Part shown: positions 52,025-64,000 of the stretch, piece by piece | Position numbering within the stretch: the first letter of the stretch is position 1 | Layout of the letters: the number at the start of each line of letters is the position of its first letter | Source: Callorhinchus milii | Lineage: Eukaryota | Direction: 5' to 3' | Assembly (NCBI RefSeq): GCF_018977255.1 | Contig: NW_024704743.1 | Location: 80,354,001 to 80,418,000 of the forward strand | Length of the DNA stretch: 64,000 nucleotides | Notes under the pieces: model-generated | The model's database searches: none | What the model was told of the DNA's origin: nothing | What the model saw: only the letters and a program-made list of their open reading frames with translations | Made by a program: the position numbers and the translations under genes

Positions 52025-52165
52025 GTTCTGACCAAAGGTCATCGACCTGAAACTGTAACTCATTTCCTCTCTTCATAGATGCTACCTGACCTGCTGAGTG
52101 TTCCCAGCAACTTCTGTTTTTATTTCAGATTTCCAGCATCTGCAAGCAGTATTTTTCATTTTTCT
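52025..52165 (+). mobile_element. Penelope-like terminal repeat remnant with hammerhead-like core
   Basis: CTGACCA-A-AGGTC-ATC-GACCT-GAAAC followed by GATGCTACCTGACCTGCTGAGTGTTCCCAGC; matches 33850-33940 inverted. Confidence 0.6.
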
Positions 52166-53171
52166 TACTAAATGTAATGCTACTGATTCTTTCAGGTGGT
52201 TTGAAAATGCTTCACATTAACTGTAAGCGTACTAGACGGAGATCATGAATGTGGCCAGCATTTTGCTTTTAGGCTATTTCTCATCCAAGAACAAACCCGA
52301 CAAAGAAATATACCAGCCACAAAACAACCAGCCTTTGCCTTTGTGATTCTTTGTGCATTAAAAAAAGTATTATATTGAATTTGGCAGAGAATTGTGCAAT
52401 TTCAAGCACAAGACGTAATTCACATTTAGCCCAGTGAAAGGTACACTTTCAACCCCATTGTCTTTCTAAATTATTTTCCTCATCCCAATACTAAACTGAT
52501 GCTGATTGACTAGTATCTATTGTTGCTGAATCATGCATCATTTATTTTGACTACTTGAATCTATTTTTCTCCACTTTTGAAATTTGTTTATAATAAATAC
52601 AAAGATATTCTCCCATTGAAATCAAAGGAAATATTAACGATGCAGACAAGCATCACGCTCCTCAAGCCAATTTTACTTTACATGCACACTGATTTTGTGG
52701 GAGAAAAGAAAATACTGCGCTCATACACACCGCCAACATTATCAATATTCCCAAACAGATAAAATAGTCACGTGTTTTCTGATCCACACATGATTTATCA
52801 TTTTGCATGAACAGGCATTGTACTTGATGTAAAAAATAAACAGGGTGTGTTCAGACTTCAGTCATTTTGTACTCGGACAGTTCAGGGTCTGTCCTTCATC
52901 ATGAATTGCCTGAGTAAGACCCAGGTTTACGTCTGACACAGTTGCTGGTAGGTTCATTGCATAAGGCTATGAGCTGCATTCCCATTGTCATCAGAAGGGA
53001 ACTATTGGCACTTGTTGGCCTTGTGTTTGAGTGACCAACAGGTGAGGGATCAACAATTTATAAAGCGCCCTTGACTCAGGATAGCATCTCAGAGTAAATG
53101 ACATTGGAGAATGGGAAGATTGAAGAGATAAGTATCCAGGTGGCATTTAATGATAGAAAAGAGGAGGCGAG

Positions 53172-53735
53172 TCAACAACAACAAAATTACATTTGTATAA
53201 CGCCTTTCATGTCGGGAGGATGTCCCAAGGCACTGGACAGTCAGTGTTTAAGAGTCAGAGGGATTGAGGCAACAACAACAACAACAAGATTCCATTTATA
53301 GACCGCCTTTCAAGTCGGGAGGATGTCCCAAGGCGCTGGACAGTTGGGTCAGGACCTGAGCAGGGGGGAAATGGTCAGGGTGAGTGGAGGGAAGGGAGGG
53401 AGCGAGGAGTAGGTAGAGAGTCGAGAGGGGAGCTGAAGGCACGGTCAACGAGAAAGGTCTTGAGACTGGCCTTGAAGGAGGAAAGGGAGGAAGCAGGCGA
53501 AGGCACTGGGGGATAGCGTTCCAGAGTCTAGGGGCTGAGAGGCTGAAGGGCGGGGGATGTGGAGCAGACTGGAGCCAGAGGAACGGAGGGTACGGGCGGG
53601 TAGGTAGGGGGATAGTAGGTCGGAGAAGTAGGAGGGGGCAAGGCCGTGGATGGCCTTGTAGGTGAGGATGAGGATCTTGAATTCGAGGCAGGGAGTTGCA
53701 GAGGTTATGGGCATAGTAGCTGAAGGCACGGCCCC
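53172..53735 (-). mobile_element. Stacked L2 3' fragments
   Basis: Two consecutive (CAA)n L2 tails and ORF EFKILILTYKAIHGLAPSYFSDLLSPYLPARTLRSS. Confidence 0.88.
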
Positions 53736-54329
53736 TGTTGGACGTGCGGAGGGGCCGGTGTTAACTTTTTATTCTTAACAAATTATTTGGATTTATAATC
53801 AGTTTAAAAATGATGAAAAGTGCTTGACTTTAACTAAAACATCCCCTAAGCAGCAGTGGATTTCAAACTGCAGTGCTATAAATGTGACACTGTGCTAAGC
53901 CTCTCTTTATTTAAAGTGCTCAATTATCATTCTTTTCTTCTATGTTCCCTGGTTATTATCACAGCTGAGATTTGGAAAGTTTAGTAACTCACTAAGGGTA
54001 TGAGTTTTCCATCAGTAATCATTGAGTACACTATAAAAAGAAAACGATATGGCATCCTGTTTAACCAAGAAAGGATTGCAACTTTTTAAAAAGAGACAAT
54101 ATCTCATTTTATTTCCCTTCCGCATTTACATTTGTTAAAATGCAATGAATATCAGAATAGAATAAATCTAAGAAATGAACTACAAGAAACGGCCCCATAT
54201 TTTGTTAGTTTGGGAGTGTCTATGTTTAAATCATATTCCAAATTACAGTAACTACACCTTATAATAACGTCCTTTGAGATATCCTCCCCAGTGAAAGGCG
54301 CTATATCAAATGTAACAATTAGTGTCAGC

Positions 54330-54770
54330 TATATTGGTCTAAGTGTAAGTCTAGCTCAAATAGTAACACTTGAGTCAGATAGTTGTGTGTTCAAGCCCTA
54401 CATTGGGACTTCCAGCTCATAGTCGAGCCTGATAATCCAGTACAGTGCTGGGGAAGTGTTGTATTGTCAGAGGTGCCATCCTTAGATGAGATGTTAAATC
54501 AAGATCCCATCCTCTTGTTCAGATGGATGCTAAAGATCCCATGGCATTATTCATAAAGAGAAAGAAGTTTCTCCCAGTGTTCTAAACAACAAAATGATGA
54601 AATTGGTCATTTCCTTCATGGCTGCTTTGGGGACATTGCTGTGTCAACTTGACTGCCACATTAGCCCACAAAATATAGAGTCACTAAACAGTAAAAACCC
54701 TGTGAAATGTTCAGATACATTTTGATAATGTGATAAGGTGATATATCAAATGTAAGGTTTATTATTATTA
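54330..54770 (+). mobile_element. DeuSINE (SacSINE1-like)
   Basis: Head, GAGGTGCCATCCTTAGATGAGATGTTAAA, AAAGATCCCATGGCA, and a (TTA)n tail. Confidence 0.8.
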
Positions 54771-55872
54771 CATTGCCTTATGCAGCATAGACCGGCAGAA
54801 AAGCACACAAATTAGTATTCAATAAATTGTCCCTGCTCCTTTCAGCTACCATTATTACAGCCATAACCCCAGCAGCAGAACACATGAATACTTTCTTGCT
54901 TAAAGACATTGGTCATTATCTTTTCCGAGTGATTGCTTCTGGGTTCATTTGAAGCGTATCCTGGCAACAAAGCTTAACATTGATTGGCGTCCTGACCAGA
55001 TTGGGAGGAACATGGAAAAATATACACCATTATAATTGGGAGAGAAGGATCTAATTATGACTCGTACCAAAAGATTGTTATTGAAGTTTTATGTTCCTGG
55101 AATCCTTCAGAGTAGAATAAATTGTACCCTTCTCCCTAGACATGTTTAAAACAGAGGTTTAATCCTTTTCCTCCAGTTGTAAATAGGAAGAATATTATTG
55201 TTGACAGGGAGTCATAATTTACACATCCTTAAATACAGGTGAATGGAAATAAAATTCTCATTAGGCCAGCAGCAATGAAGGGTTGTTTCTACAGCTTACA
55301 GAGAGTGTATGAAGTCTCCCCTGGTGGTGTTTCCTGCCTTCGCTTATTGCAATCCAACCATGGGATTTTACTTTGAAACAAAACCTTCAAAATGGGCTTT
55401 ATATGAGGAGAGAGAGGGAGAGAGTCAGAGGAACTCTGGGATGGAATTCCAGATAGTGGGGCAGACAGGTCAGGGTCATGAAAGATTGGATTGGGATGAG
55501 GTTAGGATGACTTTGTTCATGTTAGGGTTTTGGCTGATATAAAATTTTAGGAACCAAATTATTATTATTTATGAATATATTACTAGAGTAGAAAGAAGTG
55601 ACAAATAATGAGTCATTATGTATACATTCAGGCGGGTTTGGAGAACCTGGGTATGTGGTGAAAAGGTAACATATCCAGATCAACGCACAGCAATGTTAAG
55701 GTGTGAGATCTGGTGGAAGAACGGGTAGTATAGAATATGTTCTGAAATGTATTGAAAGCAGCAAAAAATACCAAATAGGTATCTGTTGGGGCATCACATT
55801 GGAGGTTATTAATAATAATCCTTGCATTTGATATAGTGCCTTATCATGTTGTTGAGATGTCTCAAAGCACTT

Positions 55873-56278
55873 TGTGAGTCTTGTAGCTCAGTGGTTGGAA
55901 CACTTGCCTCGCAGGTTAGAGCACTCGCCTCGCAAGCGAGAGACCTGGGTTTGCTTTCTGGCAGGTAATATGTTGGGCAAGTTTCCTTACTCCACATGCC
56001 TCTGTTTATCTCCGAGCAAGTAGGAACCTGGTTGTTAGTCAATAGGTGGATCACTTTTCCGAGGTTAATAATTCCTTCAAAAATAAATAATAAATAATAA
56101 TAAATTTGGTCACTTCAATCCACGACTGTTTGTGGGACTGTGTGTAATTGTCTGCCACGTTTTGCCCACAAAATATACAGTCAATTCACTTTACCGTATA
56201 TTCTGTGAAGCGCTTTGATACGTCTCGAAGATGTGATAAGATGCTATATCAAATGCAAGGATTATTATTATTATTATT
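55873..56278 (+). mobile_element. SINE long variant with a ~21-bp duplication in the head
   Basis: GGTTGGAACACTTGCCTCGCA followed by GGTTAGAGCACTCGCCTCGCA; abuts an inverted SINE tail at 55808-55872. Confidence 0.85.
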
Positions 56279-57455
56279 TACAAGAAGTATTGTAAAGTAT
56301 TTTGTGCTCAACCAGCAGCTAATTAGCACACAGCAATATCCCACAATCAGCTCTTGGAATCAATTATTAAGATAGATGCAGATTGAAATGAATAAATACT
56401 CCTTGCCACACAATAGCTCTGTGCTTATGGGGTCAGAGGAGTAGGTGGAGAGAAGCACACCAGAGTTAAATAGTAGAAACAAGGGGCTAGATGAATATTT
56501 TAGAGTTAGTGTGTGATTATGTTTGGTGATTGGGGAGTATCTAGGCAGAACATTCCCTCAGAAGCTAAGAGTAGATGGGTGTAATCCACAAAAGGGTAGG
56601 TTTATTATGGGGAGAGTAAACCTGCTACATTTCCCTGAACTAGGAATACTGAATAATAACAATGTAAGGCTGAAATTTCCCAGCAGTAGCATTTCTCACT
56701 TTAATGAGTATAAAATTTCATCAGAAAAGAATGAAAACTATTCATGCCGATTTTGGTGTGTAAAATTTTGTAATTGATATTTCTTATTGCAGAAACAAAG
56801 GTCAACATAAGGCTTTACTGTGGCACTGCTATGAAATAATGAACAGACTCACCACATCATTAATTCATATACAGCTTCTTATGTTAAATTGACCGATCTA
56901 CATGTGCTCACGAATCATAAAACAGGAGAGATTCAATGGCACGATAAATTTGCATTAACAAGTTTTTGGCATAATTCCCAAAATACCTTATTGACTATAG
57001 CAAGTATCAGACTTCAGTTATGGAAATACATATAAAATTAGATAGATTACTTTTTCGTAGCGCTTTGGTCAATATACCCAGATAAACAATCACATTTTGG
57101 GAGGACTGAAGTGTAAAAAAAATCTATTTATCTTTCGAAGGTTTGTTGACAAGAACTCAGTTGTGTTGGCTTTTTATTTTTTAAAAAAAATTTTGCAAAG
57201 AGCTCTTTGCATAATATTTATTATCATGACTTGCATGTTAATTTTAAGCTCAATATTGCATGATTTATCTACGGGCACTACATTGCATTTAGGCTGTTCC
57301 TCCACCTAGACTTTCTCGCCTAAGCCCCTCAAGCCTTTTGCTATCAAAGAAGGTTTCCTCAAGCAGCATTAAAGCTATTAAGTCGGGAGGGGTAGCGAAA
57401 TGACCTCCTAAAATTCTCAAGCTTCAACCAGTGGATTCAATTTGCCTTAATTGTA

Positions 57456-57930
57456 TTAATAATAATAATCCTTGCATTTTATATAGCATTTTATCAGATT
57501 GTCTCAAAGGGCTTAACAGAATATATTATGAAGTGAATTGATTGTACATTTTATGGGCGAAACGTGACAGACAATTGCGCACAGCAGTGTCCCACAAACA
57601 GTCATGCATTGAGTGACCAAATAGTTATTTTTTTAAAGGATTATTACCCCAGGAATAGCAATCTATCAATCATCTAATAACTGGGTTCCTAATTACTGCT
57701 AGGTAAACAGAGGCGTGTAGAGCAAGGAAACTTGCCTAACGTTTCATCCTGCCGGGGAACCGAACCCAGGTCCTCTTGCTTGTGCGGCGAGTGCTCTAAC
57801 CACTAAGCTGCAGGACTCCATAATAATAATACTCCTTGCATTCGATATAGCTCCTTATCATGGCATTGAGACGTCTCAAAGCGCTTTACAGAATATACTG
57901 TAAAGTGAATTGACTGTATATTTTGTGGGT
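57456..57930 (-). mobile_element. SINE long variant (57456-57819) plus an adjacent SINE 3' piece
   Basis: Full head-to-tail copy, followed by a second (TAA)n tail and GTAAAGTGAATTGACTGTAT. Confidence 0.85.
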
Positions 57931-57974
57931 AATATTCATGTTGTAGCAATTTAAATCCATTCACAAAAGACTAT

Positions 57975-58658
57975 TAGGTATTAGGGATCCTTCCTCCCCC
58001 ACATCCGCACCGTTTTCTTCCAGCTCCGCCACATTGCCTGTCTCCAACAATACCTCACCCCAAAGGCTGCCAAAACCCTTGTCTTTGCTTTCGTCACCTC
58101 TCGGCTGGACTACTCTAACGCCCTCCTCGCTGGTCTTCTCTCCTCCACTATTCACAAAATTCAGGTCATTCAAAACTCCGCTGCCCGCATTCTCACCCAC
58201 AACAAACTCCGCACCCGATTACTCCAGTCCTTGCCAAACTCCACTGGCTCCCTGTCACAGAACAGATCAACTTCAAGATCCTCACTCTAGTGTTTAAATC
58301 CCTCCATTCCTTGGCAGCTCCCTATCTTTCTAACCTCCTCTCTCCCTACAGCAGTACCCGCTGCTTCCCTTTACTGGGTCCGGCCTCCTCCATGTCTCCC
58401 GAATCCTCCGCTCCACCATCGGCGGCCGTGCCTTCAGCCACTACACCCGAAACTTTGGAATTCCTTTCCCTCAGCCCCTTCACCTCGCCCCCTCCTTCCT
58501 CGACTTCAGGTCGCTCCTGAAGACCTTCCTCTTCGACTGTGCCTAACGCCACCTTCCCCCTCCCCCAGCTCGGTCTTGGGCTCCACCATTGCTAAGCGCT
58601 CTGCGATGCCACCCGACGTGGAGGGCGCTATATAAATGCAAGCTGTTGTTGTTATTGT
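57975..58658 (+). mobile_element. L2 3' fragment
   Basis: CTCCACTGGCTCCCTGTC (LHWLPV), ORF FKSLHSLAAPYLSNLL, and a (TTG)n tail. Confidence 0.9.
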
Positions 58659-60419
58659 TAATGTGTGAAAATGAGTCCATGCAGTATTAATTGGTGTTGT
58701 ATGTTTGGGTGCCTATAATTATAGCCATCAGCTAACCATTATTCACCAGTTTTGATTTAAAGTAACAGAAATGTACCATTTTACAGAGCAGAAACGAACG
58801 GCTAACTCCATTAGTATATTGTGTAAACTGTAATATTAGTGCAGGCAAACATCGTCAACATGATGGAGTTTGGTATTTCCCATTCGATAGTTATCACCAG
58901 CGTACACTCATCTACCATGATGGCAGCGGCTAAATGTCCTCAACTGATCTCGGTTTCCATCTGCTATCATTAAAGCAGATTTTCAGTGAAAACGTTCTCC
59001 ATTTGGTTGGTTTCCTGGTCTGCGATGTTGGAATGCTACTGTTCGATCTAAGAACAGAGTTGGAGAAAGGAGATTCCCTTAGACTTTATGTTAAACATGG
59101 TACCAGACTTTATAGTGGTGTATGTGTGCGCGCGGAAGAATAATTTCACAAAATCTAATGGCACTAGGATACATATAGTATGCCGGCAAAGTACCTCTGC
59201 TCTCAGCAGGTAGCACTAAAACGTCCATGTAATGTGTTAACAGCTTTACTGCACTTCAGTGAACTGCAGTGAAAACACAAGCTTTAGGTTGCTCATATTA
59301 GAGAAATATTATCATGCCATCGAGCAGAATGTGATTGTTGAGTACTGCACAATTAATGTAGCTCTCTCAAACAAAGTAACCCGCAGTATATTTATTTCAT
59401 AAATTGAAGACTGACACTTCAATATCACTCTGCATTTCAAAGCATGACATTTCTAAGCATAACTTCATATTGTATAAACCTGCAGGGATTAATGACTATT
59501 AAATAATGATTACCAGACAATATAGGATGAGCACTAAGGCAACAGATTGCACCTTTGAAATCACTCCAGGGCATTTATTTTTGTTTATAAGGTATTTTAT
59601 AATGCAATTATCTTTTCTGCACACAATCTTTGATGTAGCAGCAATAAGAATGTTCACGTACTTTTTAATTATGTATCAGTACCAATTTGATCTCCTGAAA
59701 GAAAGACTACTGCTATTCAACACTTCAAACTATCTGACACCCACTGTAACCATTAGAGTTCTGACGTACTCCAAATCCTAAAAGTAGAAATCTCTTTGAC
59801 TGAATCTTTAATATGGGAATGAGTGGAAAGCATCATTACTTTTAAACAATACACTGGCTGATCCAGCCATTCACCAAAGCACATCGCGCCAACACTAGGG
59901 ATCAACTTCATCGGTCTCCATTTCACTGCCTCTGGAACCTAGGTAGTTCTTCCCCCCCTGCCCCCCTCATAGGTCTTTGCAAATGAGAAGTGACATTCTG
60001 AACTTCTTTGCTTTGCCTGGTTGTCTGTGAAGCAGAATCTTTCTCTCCGTAATTAAAAGGCATGGAGCCAGGAGTTTGGAACTCCCTTGATATATTTAAG
60101 AACGAGTAATTTTTGCTCGTAATTGAGAAACAAGGATTGAGAATATATTTTGCCCGCCTCGGTTATTTTTGGAGTTATGAATTACTGAACTGCTCTGTAT
60201 GTTCCTTGAACGATTTAATTTTCAAAATGTAAAATATAATAATGTACGAGATATTGAAAAACACTTCTACCAACTGCAAATTATTTTGCGGTGAACTTTC
60301 AATCATAACAGAGAAGTTTAATATTTAATATCAGTGTACATTGAGCTCCACTCTTTTTAGCTCACTTCACACATTCGGAATAGAATAGTGCAGCAGCACC
60401 CCAACCAAAACCAGCAGGA

Positions 60420-60784
60420 AATAAATAATAATAATCCTTGTATTTAATACAGCGCCTTACCAAATGCACTTCACAGAATATACTGTAAAGTGAATTGACT
60501 GAGTATTTTGTGGGCGAAACATGGCAGACAATTGCCACAGCAGTGTCCCACAAACAGTCATGGATTGAGTGACCAAATTATTATTATTTTGTTAACGAAA
60601 ATTGAGGGATTTTAGCTGCTGGCAGGGATATTGCCAGAAAGCGATCCACCAATGGACTAACAACTGGGTTCCAACTGCTAGGCAAACAGAAGCGTGTGAA
60701 GTAAGGAAACTTGCCCAACATTTCGCCCTGCCGAGAATCGAACCCGGGTTCTCTCACTTGCAAGGCGAGTGCTCTAACCACTAC
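60420..60784 (-). mobile_element. SINE long variant flanked by a 48-bp direct repeat
   Basis: SINE body as in the other long copies; flanks 60369-60416 and 60788-60835 match at 43 of 48 bases. Confidence 0.85.
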
Positions 60785-63700
60785 ATGACACATACAGAAT
60801 AGAATAATGCAGTAGCATCCCAACCAAAACCAGCAAAAAAGAAAGGGTTAATACATGGTTGTCATTAATTCGCTTCTTGCGCTAAATATGAGTATGATGA
60901 TATTTAAGAATGCTACAGATTTGTGCCTTGCTAGACAGCATTGATGCAAAGTCTTTAATCAATTCTACCTGTTTACGCACATCTAATTCTTGTAAATTAT
61001 TGGTTACACTTGCCATTCCGTTAAATTTTTCAAAGGCAGCACAAGACCATTCAGCAGATGATTTCTACCCATTGCAACACGTTCTCCTTCCTCCCCAAGG
61101 AATCTAGGTCACCATAAATAAACAGGTTCATGCAAATGAACTGCATTGTCTAACCAGACTGGCTTGTCAACAAGACTAAATATATTCTTCCTTCATTGTT
61201 CTTCTTGATCTTCATCACCTAATTTGCATAGTCATCTTCTTACATTATTTAAAACCTCTGTGAAAAAATTATAGATTTTAAATTCAGGCTTCCCTCCGTT
61301 TCTGATTTCTGTGCATTTTTCCCCAGAGACCATCACTGTCTTCACTCTTTCACTGCTTTCAAAAACCTGACCATGCCTTTTCTCAGCAGCTTTGAATCAT
61401 TTTAAATCTCTTATCTCCTTGTTTGTTGCACAGTGCCTTCAGGTGTGATCCCCCTCTCCTCCATGACTTTGCATTTAAAGCGATTAAAGATGTTCATCAC
61501 CACTATCTTGGATTCCTACGAGCGGGCTTTTGCCCAAACCTGTAGCAGACTCTTCTCAGCCCAAAATAACTGTTAAATGATTGTTAGGTTCAAACTCAGT
61601 CTAGGCCTCTAAGACCAAAAACATTATACTAGGCTGGGGAGAGAGAACGTGATTTTCTACCCTCTTCAGACCGATCAAGCCCAGAAAATATATTTTGAAC
61701 AAAATAAAATTGCATTGAAAAAGAGCAATATAAAAGAAAAGCTGACAACCAAGCTGCAATAGGATGATTCCACTTAGCCAAAAAGGATATGTCACCTGAT
61801 TTTTTTGTTGCGTTTTTGGTCAGTCTGACACACGCAGGTACCCATCTCCATGCCTAAGGATATCCAAACCAGATAGAGAGTTCACATATGTTTGCTATCT
61901 ATACATGGAAATTTCCCTGTATTTGTAAACAAGTGTAAGCTAGGACCACCCTACCCATTGTGGCTTTGGCTTGCAGGATTAACATGAGCTAAGTTTTAAA
62001 TCTGCTAGTAGTTGTTGAATGTTTTTTCATATTCAAACGACTGCAAATTGTATCCACATTTTTGCTATGTGCTGATTTAGTTGTTAATATACATTCTGAA
62101 CATTTGAAAGAAAGAAAGGTTGGTTATATGTGAAAATAACTAGTTGATTTAGAGGACAGAACTGAAAACTGAAGCTAAAATAGTCCTCCCGACGTGAAAG
62201 GCGCTTAATAAATGGAATCTTGTTGTTGTTGTAAAATAGTGATAAAGATGATCAGATGCAAAGACAATATGGTTCAGCCCTTTTGCTTTCACAGTGTTTG
62301 TTGTGAAATCTGATTCATTTGTGATTTATATTGAATTGTTACGTTAGATACATCAGGCCACAAATAATATAGGGATGAAGTTAATGGTCTATCATGATAT
62401 CCTGCATTTTCATTAAATGAGAAAGTAGAAACGAAAAATGTATAAGAATACTTCAAACAAGCTTCATTTCAATTTTCTGTGCAATGCTGCACTGTATAAT
62501 GTATTCCAAGCACAATTCTGTATAACAAAGTGAATTTTCAACTGTGATAAGCTGAAATAAATTACAGAGTGAGACTGTAATTGTGTGCCTGTGGATGCCT
62601 TCATTAGCGTTTGAAATTATCTGTTTAACTTTCACAGGCATTTATTTTATTTCTTGGCAACATTCAATTCTTTACTGCAAAGACCAGATTTGAAAATAAG
62701 ATGCTGAGCATTGCTGGGAGACACAGAAATCGCTTTGCCACTTGGGCACGCGTCAGGGCTTAAATAGCAAAAGTGGAATATTTCACAAGATTAATGATGG
62801 AAAATGCTGAGATGCAATCACTGGGAAGAAACTGCTTTCTCTCAAAAATTCCTGATCAAATCACAGACAATAAAACAAGACAAAGCAGGTTTGCAATAGT
62901 AATTTGTGGAGCGATCTGGTATGAGCAAAGTAGTCTCATTCCAAATCCCCAAAACAGCCTCAGATCAAGTTGCTCTGCTGGTTTTCATCTTTCCCTTTTG
63001 TGTTTCTTTCCTTTCATTTGATATAGCGCTATTCATCTAAGGAAGGCATCTCAAAGTGCTTCATAGGATTTAGTGTAAAGTATAGTAACTGGGTGTTTTG
63101 TACACAAACTCTCATTCTACCATCATTGCTACATGCCTAGACATTATAATAGATAGTGTTAGAGGGGCGTATAAAACATTTGAACAAGAAACCTCTCTGT
63201 TTATGTTTCTTTGGTGAACTGTCTCCAGGCATAAGGTTCTGGGTTGAAAAGGTAGCAAAAGTAATTGGGTTTGTGTTGGGGGGTTTTTATCCCCATTTTC
63301 TTGACCTGGGCTTTAAACTCCAAAAAGACTAGGTAAAAAGGGACTCGGCTTGGGTAATGCACTTCAATAAATTATGTTAATAACCTACTACATGCACTGT
63401 TAAGTAAAGTAAGTGAGCACGGTGATTGCCTTGGAGAGATACCAATAGCTACAAAATAAAAGATAAATAATGGCAAACATCTGTTTTGGGGACTTACTTG
63501 TTTGAAGATGTGATCAAAAAAATTCACAAGACTGACTGTTTTATGGATAAGGCCTCTTAAACATTCTGGCCAAAATACCAGCAAGTTATCAGAAAGAAGA
63601 AGCAATGGTTGGTTTGCTTCCCACATTCTTAGACTGTTCTCTATTTTCAACTGTCCCTTATCCCTGCATGTAACCTGCTTTCTAAGACTGTAGAATCATA

Positions 63701-64000
63701 ATGAGTCATGTGCTGCAAAGTGGCGTCTATGTACAGCTGCTTTGTGCAGTGGGTCAGCATAAGAGGATTTTGCATTCTAAAATCTGGACATTGACAGGAC
63801 CCAGCGGCTCTAACATGCTAATGTTGTCTTCAATTTTCTCTTGTTATTACCATACTGTTAAAATCTCTTTGTCAACGCCATCACTTTCTCCTGGTTTCAG
63901 TTCTAAAATCTTTCAGGTGAGCGCTATCAAGGGAAAATCAGGTGGGCCCAATTGTTCTAGTGGCGGAGCACAGGGCTCCCACTTCAGTTGAATCAGGTTC

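Noticed and set aside
58930..59075. Strong-looking minus-strand splice acceptor (polypyrimidine tract plus TAG)
   Set aside because: All three downstream frames stop within about 40 codons and give no recognisable peptide.
63701..63991. 96-aa ORF with an internal CAG|GTGAG donor-like site at the window end
   Set aside because: Unrecognisable peptide and no supported exon structure.

Overview
This window is eukaryotic, repeat-dense, non-coding DNA. It is most likely from a cartilaginous fish, inferred from the repeat set: abundant L2 and CR1 LINE fragments, SacSINE1-like DeuSINEs, tRNA-derived SINEs with L2-type tails, and Penelope-like remnants. I could not support any host protein-coding exon, real tRNA/rRNA gene or CRISPR array. 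The longer ORFs in the track are decayed L2/CR1 ORF2 pieces, chance translations of SINEs, or unrecognisable, so the window reads as a large intron or gene desert. The notable structure is in the repeats: (1) a modular SINE lineage seen in three stages; (2) a SINE A-B dimer that appears to have formed in place at 48.3-48.95 kb and whose junction recurs, inverted, at 44.7-45.4 kb; (3) a near-perfect head-to-head inverted SINE pair only 24 bp apart; (4) several palindromic MITE-like elements; (5) degenerate hammerhead motifs in Penelope-like remnants; (6) a templated micro-insertion, a 48-bp flanking duplication, and an unidentified old repeat. I see no convincing novel gene system. Family names come from recalled consensus features, not from a database search, and most boundaries are approximate to tens of bp.
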